Translations under genes and position numbers: made by a program | In this document: positions 43,185-53,500 of the stretch, in pieces | How the letters are laid out: each line of letters begins with the position of its first letter | Position numbering within the stretch: the first letter of the stretch is position 1 | Assembly: GCA_016180135.1 (NCBI GenBank) | Contig: JACPBV010000004.1 | Location: 26,868 to 90,867 of the forward strand | DNA length: 64,000 bases | Direction of reading: 5' to 3' | From: Candidatus Woesearchaeota archaeon | GTDB lineage: Archaea; Nanobdellota; Nanobdellia; Woesearchaeales; JACPBV01 | Notes under the pieces: model-generated | Databases searched by the model: none | The model's input: only the letters and a program-made list of their open reading frames with translations | Told to the model about the DNA's origin: nothing

Positions 43185-43238
43185 CAAATGCAGTCTATTT
43201 TTTTCTTCGACGGAGCTTAATACCTGCATTTCAGGGTT

Positions 43239-45143
43239 CTAACTTCCCTTGATTTCCGGCCCTTCCGGAAAATGTTTCTTAAAGAACGCTTCAATCTCCC
43301 CCTTGTAATCCTGCGTCACCTCTATGTCGTATTCTGCAGGAAAGCAGTCAAGTATTCCCTGTGAAGCATACCGCTCGTCCAGGAAAACAACAACTCCTTT
43401 GTCGGTGGCGCTTCTGATAAGCCTCCCGGCATTTTGTATTGTCCTGATGATCGCAGGGAAGATATAGCCATACTCCATCCCTTTGCCGAACTTTGATTCA
43501 TAGTAATTGACAAGTTCCTTGACCTCCAGGGAAGGCTTTTCAAGCGGTAAGCCGACGACGATAACCCCCTTCAGATACGCCCCGGGCAGGTCCACTCCCT
43601 CGCCGAAAGAGCCGGAAGCGATGGCCAGCAGTATTGCCCCGTCCCGGTGATGCGCCTTGAACTCCTCAAGCAGCTGATGTTTTGCTTCTTTGCTCAGGCC
43701 GGGCTGCTCAATCAGGATTTTTTTCCTGCAGGCTTCCTGGAAATAGGGATAGACTTTATTCCGAAGGTCATAGCTTGGGAAAAACATCATCACATTTCCC
43801 GGGATTGAGTTTGCGATATCCGCCGCAAGCGCTCCGGTTTTCTTGAATTCCCCCTCGCTTCTTCTCGCATATTTCGAGCTTGTCTCCGGAACAACCAGGC
43901 TCAGCCGGTGGTGTTTCGGGAACGGCGATAGATACGTGGCCTGCTTGGCATTCCTGAACCCAAGGAGGTCTGCATACATCTCTGTCGGAAGGAGTGTCCC
44001 GGACATGCATAAAACACTGTAAGCCGAATCAATGACCTCTCTGCTGACAAGGCTGGGGTCAAGGCACTGGTAGAGCACCGTGAAAAAGATTTCCTGCCTT
44101 CCCTGCTTCATCTGGAATATCCTTGCAAATCCAGAATCCTCCCCTTTCCATGCCCGCAGGAATTCTCCGATGCTTCCGAGATAGCTGATCCTTTGTTCTT
44201 TCCTGACGATAGCTGCGGCATCATCGAGCATCTCGACAAGCGCATCATATTCCGCTGCTTCGCTGATAAGCGCAGAGAGCTGCTCACGCTGGATGAGAAT
44301 CTCCTGCTGCCCTTCCTCAAGGGCTTCCCCGAGTTTCTCAAAGACACTACTTAATTTCCTGAAAATCTTTTCGATGTCTGCGATGCCGAATTTAATCGCT
44401 TCCTTGATGCCCCGGTCAACCATGACTGAGCTCAGCTCATAGCTTAAGAGCTCACGGCAGCGTTTGGGAAGATTGTGGGCTTCATCTACGATGATGATGC
44501 TTTTCTCCAGCGCGCAGTCGATCTTTGGCAGGAGCGCTTTCCGTATTGCCGGGCTGAACAGGTAAAAATAATCCCCGATGATGACGTGCGCTTTCTTTGC
44601 CGCCATCTCTGCAGTGTAATAGGGGCAGATTTTTTCCTGCCTGCACAAACTGATGAAATCCTCAACATGCACCGGCCCGATCTGCTGGGACTTGCTGATA
44701 GTCTGTTCGGCTCCGAGCGAAGGCAGCCCCATAGTATTTTTGGTGTTCAGGAAGAACGTGCACTGCCTTTTTTCCCTGAGGCTCTTGCAGTATTCCATGA
44801 AATCGTTGTTCGGCAGCCCCCGGATCCCTTCCTGGAGGCACATCCCGTGCTTTCCGATAAGGTCGCATGCGCTTAGTTCCATGTCAAACTTTTTCCGGAT
44901 TGCCCGTAAGGTCTCGATGCAGAGGTGATGGTGGGAATGCCTCGAGGTGAGGAAGAAGACTTTAAGGCCGTTGGCGATGGCAAAATCAAGGACTGCGCTT
45001 AAGCTTGCTGCAGTTTTTCCGAGCCCGGTGGGTGCATGCCCCAGAAAATGCTTTTTTTCCCTCACACAGCCGGCAATGTCCTGAATGAGCTCATGCTGCG
45101 CCTTTCTGATCTCTGAGAACGGAAAAAGTATTTTTTCCTCCAT
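43239..45143 (-). CDS. xpd: XPD/Rad3-family (DinG-like) Fe-S DNA helicase
   Basis: Walker A (GHAPTGLGKTAASL), DEAH box (VDEAHNL) and four Cys between them (GMC...EYC...RQC...ICPYY) for the 4Fe-4S domain. Confidence 0.9.
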   Translation of the reverse strand: MEEKILFPFSEIRKAQHELIQDIAGCVREKKHFLGHAPTGLGKTAASLSAVLDFAIANGLKVFFLTSRHSHHHLCIETLRAIRKKFDMELSACDLIGKHGMCLQEGIRGLPNNDFMEYCKSLREKRQCTFFLNTKNTMGLPSLGAEQTISKSQQIGPVHVEDFISLCRQEKICPYYTAEMAAKKAHVIIGDYFYLFSPAIRKALLPKIDCALEKSIIIVDEAHNLPKRCRELLSYELSSVMVDRGIKEAIKFGIADIEKIFRKLSSVFEKLGEALEEGQQEILIQREQLSALISEAAEYDALVEMLDDAAAIVRKEQRISYLGSIGEFLRAWKGEDSGFARIFQMKQGRQEIFFTVLYQCLDPSLVSREVIDSAYSVLCMSGTLLPTEMYADLLGFRNAKQATYLSPFPKHHRLSLVVPETSSKYARRSEGEFKKTGALAADIANSIPGNVMMFFPSYDLRNKVYPYFQEACRKKILIEQPGLSKEAKHQLLEEFKAHHRDGAILLAIASGSFGEGVDLPGAYLKGVIVVGLPLEKPSLEVKELVNYYESKFGKGMEYGYIFPAIIRTIQNAGRLIRSATDKGVVVFLDERYASQGILDCFPAEYDIEVTQDYKGEIEAFFKKHFPEGPEIKGS

Positions 45144-45334
45144 ATCAGATGGAGAGCTTGGCAGTTTTTATAGGTTTGGAATTGGCCCCCAATCCTTCTG
45201 AATCAATTTCTCAAATCATTTCCAACTAACCCCCCCACGTTCCAATCATCAACGTAACCCTTACCTTTCCAATTCCTATATTCCATCACCTAAAATCTTA
45301 TATATCTCATCTCCCTAATGGCGATTTAAGCAGG

Positions 45335-45790
45335 ATGGAAAGAAAAATATCTCCTCTTACCGCCTTACTCTTGATTTTATTAGTAGCTCTCATACAGGCC
45401 TGTGGCAGGACGCAGACCACCCCATCAAATCGGGCAGCAGTTCTCAGCGATCAGCCCGCACTTCCTGGAGAAGACGCCGACCTTCTCGCTCCGGAAGGCT
45501 CCTTCAATGGTGCAACGCACAATGTCGTAATAAAAAATTTCCGTCTCGACCCCCAGGAAATTACGATCAGAAAAGGCGACAGGGTTATCTGGCAGAATGA
45601 TGACATGTGGCGTGAAGAGGGAATCTACCACCAGTTTTTTGCCCACAACAACAGGTTCAGGACACCAAAATTCTTCAGCGGCGAATCAGCAAACCTGACG
45701 TTCGAAGAGCCGGGCACGTATACTTACTTTGACGTCATCTACAAAGAAAGGGAATTCCTGAGGGGGAAGATAACGGTCTTAGGGGGATAA
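45335..45790 (+). CDS. cupredoxin-like secreted/lipid-anchored protein lacking the canonical Cys copper ligand
   Basis: A signal peptide with LIQAC lipobox-like Cys is present. HNVVIKNFRLDPQEITIRKGDRVIWQNDD...PGTYTYFDVIYKEREFLRGKITV follows the plastocyanin-like pattern, but Asp sits where the ligand Cys is expected. Confidence 0.5.
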   Translation: MERKISPLTALLLILLVALIQACGRTQTTPSNRAAVLSDQPALPGEDADLLAPEGSFNGATHNVVIKNFRLDPQEITIRKGDRVIWQNDDMWREEGIYHQFFAHNNRFRTPKFFSGESANLTFEEPGTYTYFDVIYKEREFLRGKITVLGG

Positions 45791-45812
45791 AGGGGAGGTA
45801 TTTTTCCCAAAA

Positions 45813-45933
45813 GAAAATTTCAACAACATCGGCGAGGCGAGGGCGGGGGTTTGTCCCTTACGGGGTGCCCGAGCAGGGCAAAATTTCCACAGAGGAAATT
45901 TTGACCGTCGAGCCCTTTGTTGTTGAAATTTTC
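45813..45933 (+). repeat. family-A structured repeat, copy A4 (121 nt)
   Basis: Same closing stem as A1. The inner hairpins are gggcg-ggggtttgtcccttacgggg-tgccc and caaaatttcc-acaga-ggaaattttg. Confidence 0.75.
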
Positions 45934-46032
45934 GCACATTGCAACCTAAAACTGCAGTTATGGGGAAGTGCGTTGATTGGGGGACACAATAGGGATTTAC
46001 ATCAATCCCCTTTACAACACCATTCGAGTATT

Positions 46033-46180
46033 AAATGCAAATATTCCACCAGTCTCTGACTGGTGGTTGACTCTCGATTAGCCATTGGGAATATTTGCCT
46101 TCTCAGAAATCCGACCCGAGCGACCGAAGGGAGCGAGTAATCCCCCCGTCTGTGACGGGAGGTGGTCGGATTTCTTTTGA
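46033..46180 (+). repeat. family-D two-domain structured repeat, copy D2
   Basis: More than 90 percent identical by eye to D1 (26854-27003), with the same four stems. Confidence 0.7.
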
Positions 46181-46254
46181 ATAATTGCGGCAAATGTAGC
46201 ATAACTACTGCAATTATCTATATTTTTCTGATGTAGAAGTTTTATCCAATATCT

Positions 46255-46262
46255 TTTTATAA
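46255..46262 (+). promoter_or_regulatory. TATA-like box (tttttata) 22-29 nt upstream of the ATG at 46284
   Basis: Position and composition. Confidence 0.45.
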
Positions 46263-46283
46263 TAGAATCTCCTAAACCCCCTT

Positions 46284-46913
46284 ATGGCGCAAAGCTTCTC
46301 ACCATCGCTGTTTAAGAAAGAGCTTGCCGAGTTGATAAGGCTGAAAGATGGCCTTGAAAACGAACTGAGAAGAAAAACTAACCAGTTCAGCGCTTATGCG
46401 GATGCAGCAAAGAAAGCCTTTTCTCTGATGGGGAAGAAATACCCTAGCCTTTCAGTTGGTCTCAGCGTAAAGCCCGCAGGCATTTCTGTAAAAATTCTCA
46501 TCAGGGAACGCTCATGCAAGGATGCTTTTTTGCAGGCCGCCAGGATTGAAGGCCTCAGTGCGATAGGAACCTCTTCTTTCAACCAGGTGAAGGTTGAGGA
46601 GACAGATAAATTTTCCAAGGAGATTGACCGCCTGAAAAACCGCCTCTTCCTTACCTATGGCGCCCAAAATGCCATGAGGTCAACGATGCTTCTGAGCTCA
46701 GCGAAGAAAGGCTGGATTGAAGTAGCGGCCGATTTTGACATAGCCTTAAACAACCCCCTAATAGCCCTGCTGCTCCAGTATGCCTCCCGGGGAACGCAGA
46801 AGAAGCTCAGTATCCTGGAATTCACCAGAAGCATTGGTTTCACAGAAAACCCTCATCTCGAGCAGGCAAGATCATACTTCAAAGGATTTGACCCTAAGAT
46901 GGATGATATCTAA
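46284..46913 (+). CDS. hypothetical protein
   Basis: A 209-aa ORF with its own TATA-like box. It is helical/charged and I recognise no family. Confidence 0.5.
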   Translation: MAQSFSPSLFKKELAELIRLKDGLENELRRKTNQFSAYADAAKKAFSLMGKKYPSLSVGLSVKPAGISVKILIRERSCKDAFLQAARIEGLSAIGTSSFNQVKVEETDKFSKEIDRLKNRLFLTYGAQNAMRSTMLLSSAKKGWIEVAADFDIALNNPLIALLLQYASRGTQKKLSILEFTRSIGFTENPHLEQARSYFKGFDPKMDDI

Positions 46914-47211
46914 AATTAGAGTGCAGCAATCTTTGCCCTTCTTTGTTGCATGGCTCCCCCCTCTCCCCTGAAACACAAATTTCTTCCCCCACATCCCTCC
47001 CCCCCCACTAACCCCCATTTCTTCCCCCTTACCCTCACTCTTCGAGGTATAAATATCCCCTTTCCAAGCATCAATCCTATTAGATAAGAACAACCAAGAA
47101 AAACTTCCTATCATCTGCGACGAGTCTCTAACCCCTATATCTTCCCATCTTCTTACTATATACCATAAATAACCAATATCTTTATAAACAAATCCCATAG
47201 AATAAGAACTC

Positions 47212-47502
47212 TTGGCTTCAAAAGAAGGCATGGAGACGGATGTAGACAGAGTTCTTGCTAGTGTCAGGAAGAAGCGTTTGCTGATGGAAGTCGAGGTCAA
47301 GGGCCTCATCGAGAAGAAGGAAGAGGAAATTTCCATCCCCTTAAGCATTTTCTCGGAGAGATTAGGCATGCTTGAGTCTATCGTTCATTATCTCAGGGAT
47401 TCTCATGGGCTTTCTTTTACAGAGATTGCAGGGCATCTAAAGCGGGACTACAAGACAGTCTGGGCGACATATCAGCAGGCAAAGAAAAAGTATAAGCGAT
47501 GA
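47212..47502 (+). CDS. small helix-turn-helix protein (sigma-70 region-4 / LuxR-like HTH), translationally coupled to the giant ORF
   Basis: LGMLESIVHYLRDSHGLSFTEIAGHLKRDYKTVWATYQQAKKK looks like an HTH. The stop overlaps the giant-ORF ATG (ATGA at 47499-47502). The start may be TTG 47212 or ATG 47230. A TATA-like ctttataaac lies at 47181-47190. Confidence 0.55.
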   Translation: MASKEGMETDVDRVLASVRKKRLLMEVEVKGLIEKKEEEISIPLSIFSERLGMLESIVHYLRDSHGLSFTEIAGHLKRDYKTVWATYQQAKKKYKR

Positions 47503-50500
47503 AACAATCCAGCAAAGTTAAGGAAATCAGCGCAGGCATAAGGGAGCTCAGGCTCTCAGGGAAAAATGCCGATAATGCCAGAAAGAGCTATGCAAGGCTG
47601 CTGGAAGCCTTGCTTCAGGAAAAAGAAAAACTGCAGTCTCATCTCAGCAAAGGGATTCTATCAGAGCAGAACTATGATCAGATTCTCCAGGAAAATCTTG
47701 ACGGCAAAACCAGGATGCAATGGATTGCCTATTGTGAAAATATCCTTGGCAGCGCAGATTCCAAAAAACAGCAGTATCGCCGATGGGTCGGAGTTCTTGA
47801 GGACGACATTGGCCGGATTAAACGATCTTTCAGGAAGGGAAGCATCTCCCAGGAAGCATACCATCATCTCCTGAACCAGAAGATTGAGGGAAAAACCAGG
47901 GAAGGATGGATTGTATCCGCAAAAATGGCGTTGTATGGTCTGGAAGAGGGTGAATCCCTGGCGGGCGCTCAGGGAATTTTAAGCCGCAGCGCATCGTCAG
48001 TAATCAGAGCATCAAAATCGCTGCTAGAAGAGAAAAAGGAACTCCTCGTTAACACCGCCCCTATAATATTGATGCTCTTGCTTCTCAGCCTCTCAGCTTT
48101 TTTTATCAGCCCGGCGCACACCGGATTTGCAGTCATAAGCATAGAGAATGGATTTGAGGATTCCTTAAACCTCTCCCTCAACGGGTCATCCTCATTCCTC
48201 TGGGCCCCGGCCAGCCACGGAATGATAACGAACATTGCAGTCAGCGGAAGGCTTTCAAAAGGTGCCGGAGCAAAAATCTACCTCGAAAAGGCCGGCAGGC
48301 TTTATCTGCTCCTTGATACTGAAGCTGGCTTGAAGACAGAAACAGTTTTGCAGGAAATTCCCGGCATTGCTGCTGGAATCAGTTCCCTCCCGCAGCAAAA
48401 GATCCCCCTCACCGGAGAGATTGAAAACCTATCTGTTGCCCTTATCGGCTCAGGGCCAGTTCAATCAGCAAATGATATATTTAAATTCGGCTTGAAGCAA
48501 AGGGCAGGATTAGACAACAGCTCTTCAGTCCCTGATGAGAACTTCTGCGCACTATGGAAAGTGAACAATGTTTCGGCAGAGTGCTATGGAAATGCTGACT
48601 GCTGCAGTTTTGCGGGCCTCGAAGCCAGTGGCTCCTGGAATGATACGTTCTACCTGTATTCCGGAAGATTCAGCGCAAAGAAAGACAATCTCATTGAGCC
48701 AATCCTTATCTCTTACGATGTCAATCTGAGCATCCCGAAGTCCGATATTAGGATTTCCTCCGCAGTTGCGGAAGCCCATTTTGCGGATGAGCTGGAGAGA
48801 TTCAGCCTTGCATGCATGGAAACGTGCAGCGGCCTGGAGTTTAACGAATCGCGATACTCTCTTGTTGTCTCTTTGGCAATTGGCTCGCTCATCCTTGACA
48901 GCATCTCTTACAAAATGGCCGAAAGCTATAACGTATCAGAAAATTCCCCTCTGCTCCAAAAGAACATCTCTAATGTGTCGCTCTACCAAAACGAAAACAT
49001 CACGTTAAGCCTTAATGATTTCTTTGCCGATGCAGACTCCGATGCGCTGGTATACTATGCTTATCCTGCAGAAAATATCAGCTTTTCTTTTTACCAGGGG
49101 AACATCACCGTCATCCCTGATAAGGATTTCCTCGGCAAAGCATCAACATTTTTTACTGCCTCAGACGGCTTTTTTAATGCCACTTCAGGAATAATTGATA
49201 TTGAGGTTGCTGAAAAGCCGCTCCTCCCGGCTCAGGTATCGGTCACCCAAACTCCCATAAAACCCAAGGTAAGGGTCAATGAGCCGGTGAAATGGGTTAC
49301 AAGAGTTAATTCCACCAGGAAAGTCATAAACCTCACGATGAGCCTGGCGCACGGGGCTGAGAACATCTCCGTCAGAGAATTGACTCAGGGCAGCATTGAT
49401 ACCTCAAGAGTCATTGATACATCCAAAGTGATTGATACATCCAAAGTGATTGATACCTCAAGAGTCATTGATACTGCTGGATTCATGAATCTTAAATCAG
49501 TATTTGTCAGCGAGCAGGGCCAGACTAAAAACCTCTCGCTCTATAATGCCGAAAAGTATTTGGCCAGGCTTGAATCCAGGGAGGAGATGCTTATTGAAAC
49601 CAAAAGGGGAAAGATTAAAAATGACCCGACGGAAATTGAAGCTCTGAAATCTCTTAACACCCAATTGCGTGATGTTGAAAACGAGAAAAACCGGATTACA
49701 GGATTTGTTGTTGCCCAAAGAGGGCAGAAAGGCATTATAACCCGATTTTTTGAATGGCTCATCCAATCAGACCTCGTCGGATTTGCCATCCTCAACGCCC
49801 CATTAGCTCCAATCACCACTCCCTCCACTAATCTCATCCCCACCCCCACAACTAATCACGCCACTAACTCCTTCCCCACTCCCTCCACTAATCTCATCCC
49901 CACCCCCACAACTAATCTTGAAGAGCCTGGCGAAAATGCCCATCCCCCAGTATTGACGATTGCCGAGGGGATTAAAGAAGCCGAGATTACTTATTTCACG
50001 GAAGCTCCGGTTGCCGAGGAATTCAATCTGTCAGAGTCAGGCAAGCGCATTATCATCAGCTCAGACATCCACTATGAAAACATTACGGCTTTCACTTACC
50101 TCCCCGGCGAATATGCCTCTTCAGGCATCCATCTGTATTGGATGAAAAACGGCTCAAGGGAAGAGGTAAATTTCACAGCATTTGATGAAAACAATAACGG
50201 CAGGATTGATTATATCGAATGGATCATCCCCTCGTTGTCAAACCAGACATATGATCTCTCCCTCACCATCATCACACTGAAGAGTTATCCTATCATTGGA
50301 AGAAACTGGACGACAGAGTTTAATGTTTCCGGCACAGCAAACCTCACGATCACTGCAGTCAACAGCACAAGTTTTGGCCAGGTCTACGTTGACAATTTCT
50401 CCTCGGAAGACGACCTCTATCTCAGGGAACTGAAATGCGGTAATCTCACCGTATGGAACAACGGCACAAATTATTCATCAGGCAATGTTTTCTTCGTCCT

Positions 50501-53500
50501 CAGCAATGGCACCGAGGCAGCCTGGAGCGAAACATTCGGAAACAGCCTTCCAGTAACTTCCTTAAAAGTTGTTGACTTCAGCTGCAGCAGTTCAGCGTAT
50601 CACATTGTCAAGGTTGAAACCCACGGGGACCATGTCCAGGAATTCACTTTTGGAAATATCACAAAATATGCTTACAATCATGCAGGGGGGACAGCATGCG
50701 GTTCAGACGGCCTCGGCTCAACCTGCCAGGGAGGGGGAAATGCCAGCCTTGACACGTGCATTGATACTGACAGCTCTAACACGCTTGATGGGTCGGATTT
50801 CTGCCATGGCGCTAACCAATGCCTTGATTCCCATATCGGCGCTTCCTGCAACTATGCCACCGGCCCGACATCAGGGCTCTGCGCCTACAACGGTGCAACC
50901 TCTGCAACCTGCTCAAACCTCGTAATCTCCGGGGAGTATGGCACAGGCATAACTGGCGGTTCTTCAGTAAACTTCCACAGCGGCAATGAAAATTCATCAT
51001 GCTCCCCTGCATCAGAGATGATGGTCTGCAATATCTCTACGGGATACAACCCTCAGGGCGGTGATCTCTGCCTCGACTCATCATGCACGGATCCTGCAAG
51101 CGGGATTGTTTCCCTTAACTGCATCGATCAATCCTGCTCAACGTCGGATGTCAGTGATGCGGCAGTATTCGGCGACTGTAATGCCACGGGCGGAGGCTGG
51201 GCCTGTGACAGCAGCCTTGGCTCATCAGGGTTTGCCCAGGACGGGATTTGCTCAGTGACCTCTGGATTTAACACCTATGGGTGCGCAGCTTCCGGATATA
51301 TCTGCAATGCTACCTCGGGCCCTTTTGCCGGAACTATCTTCAAAAATGGCTGCGGTGTTGGCATGGAGTGTTCAGACAACGATCCCTGCGACTCCTCATT
51401 GACAGACGGCAATTTCAATAAGGCAGCAGGCACATGCTCGGGCACAGACTGTGTCGGTGTCGCAGTTGCCAGCATCTATGCATTCAACCACTCTAAAACC
51501 TCGCCGACAAGCCTCTACCTCGTGAACGGCTCAGTGAACTCCTCCGTCATCAACGGAACAAATATAACCCATAATCAGACCTTAAACTTTACCCACCCGA
51601 CGTTTGGCCTTCGGCTCCAGATTATCGCAAACTTCTCAAGCTGGGATGTTGACATTTCCAACCTTACCATTGACGCAAACAACTTCAGCACTGCCGTGAA
51701 TTGGACATTTGTTGACCAGAGAGCTGTCCCCAAGAATCACACGCTCTACGTCCCCAACACCCTCCAGCTTGGCGTGTATGCATGCGGAACAGCAAACAGC
51801 ACAGGGGAAGTTTTCCCAAAATGCCCGAACAGGACGGTCTGGACGGACTCGGAATTGGGGGCAGGCTCGGTCGTCGTAAGGAATGGGCTCGTAGCGTATG
51901 AGCTTTCTAATCGTTACGTTGTCTCCAACCTTTCGGGCTCCGGAATAGGTCAGGGTGTTGCAGAATGCGGAGCGCTAAACCGTGAGAACGTCACCTATAA
52001 CCTCCTTCAGTCAGTCACTGATACTGACACCTGTTTCACAATCTCCGCCAATAATGTTACGCTTGACTGCAACAATTTTTCCATCACTTATGCAACTGCA
52101 GCTAACGGTAATGGCATCACCGTCAGCAATGTAAACAGGACAACGATCAGGAACTGCACCTTCATCAAGACCTCCGGTCAGGGCTCCTCATATGCCGTTC
52201 AGTTGTCTGGAGCAAACAATGCATCCATCAGCAACAGCTCATTCACTGCTGCTTCTTTAATTTCTTACCCGATTTACCTGACTTCATCCTCAAGGACAAA
52301 CCTGATTCAGAACAACAACATCACCGCTTCAGGAGGGAGCCCCGGAATCTATATTGATTCTTCCTCGGGACAGAACATCATCCTTAACAACAACATTACG
52401 ACTGTCGCAGCCTCGGCGCCTGCTGTTTACATCACTGGCTCTTCCAACAACACCCTTGACGGGAACAATATCACCACCGCCGGAAAAGCATCGTTCGGCA
52501 TACAGCTTGATGCCTCATCTTTTAACACAACTATAATCTTTAACAACATTACGACCGAAGGGAACTCATCTCACGCAGTCTATATCCTTGCAGCCTCAAA
52601 CTTTACCAAAGTATTGAAAAATGTAATCATCACAAAAGGATGGACATCATCCGGTATCATGATTTCTGATGCGTCATACAATATGGCCGAGAACAACTCC
52701 CTGGATATCCTCAACAGCACTAACGCAGCCTTTTACATCAACCAAAGCTCGCTTGCAAACAGCTTTTCAAAAAACAATGTGACTTTCTCAAGAGGGGACG
52801 CAATCCATATCATCTATGACCCGAAGCCGACCTCAGATGGGGGGCCTGTCCCGAGGTTCAATAATTTCTCGAACAACACGTTCTCCAATATATCCGGCTT
52901 TGACCTGATGCTCACCCCTATGATAAGTGCTCCCGGAGTTTCCCAGATAAACCTTACCACCCTGATTGACCAGCCCATAAAGAGATACAACTTCACCAAT
53001 TATGGCGGCTTGTTTGCCATAAGGTCATCCGAATTTGGGGAAATCGCTTTTTTCACCGTCATCAACGGCTCAGGAACAAATTTCAGCAATGATATTATCA
53101 TCAAAAATAATTCTATCACAGTTAATGCTTCAGCAGGGAATGGAATATTCAACAGCTCAGCAAACCTTACATTCTTTAACCTAGGGGACAGGGGCTTTGC
53201 CAATCCCGCCATTCTTTACAACGGTGGAACGTGTGATTTAACCACCTCCCCGCTCTGCCTGAACTTTACCGGCCTTACTGCTGCGACGGTCATCTTGAAT
53301 GTTACTCATTTCAGCAATTACAGCATCGGGGGTCAGGTTGATTTAAGCACACCTACTGTCTCTGTCATCTCGCCAACGCACAGGAACTACACGCTAAGGC
53401 AGATCGACTTCAACATTTCCCTGAATGAGGCAGGGAGCGCATGCAAAATGGCATTGGACAGCGAGGGAAATATCACGATGAGCGCTGTAAACAGCTCTTA

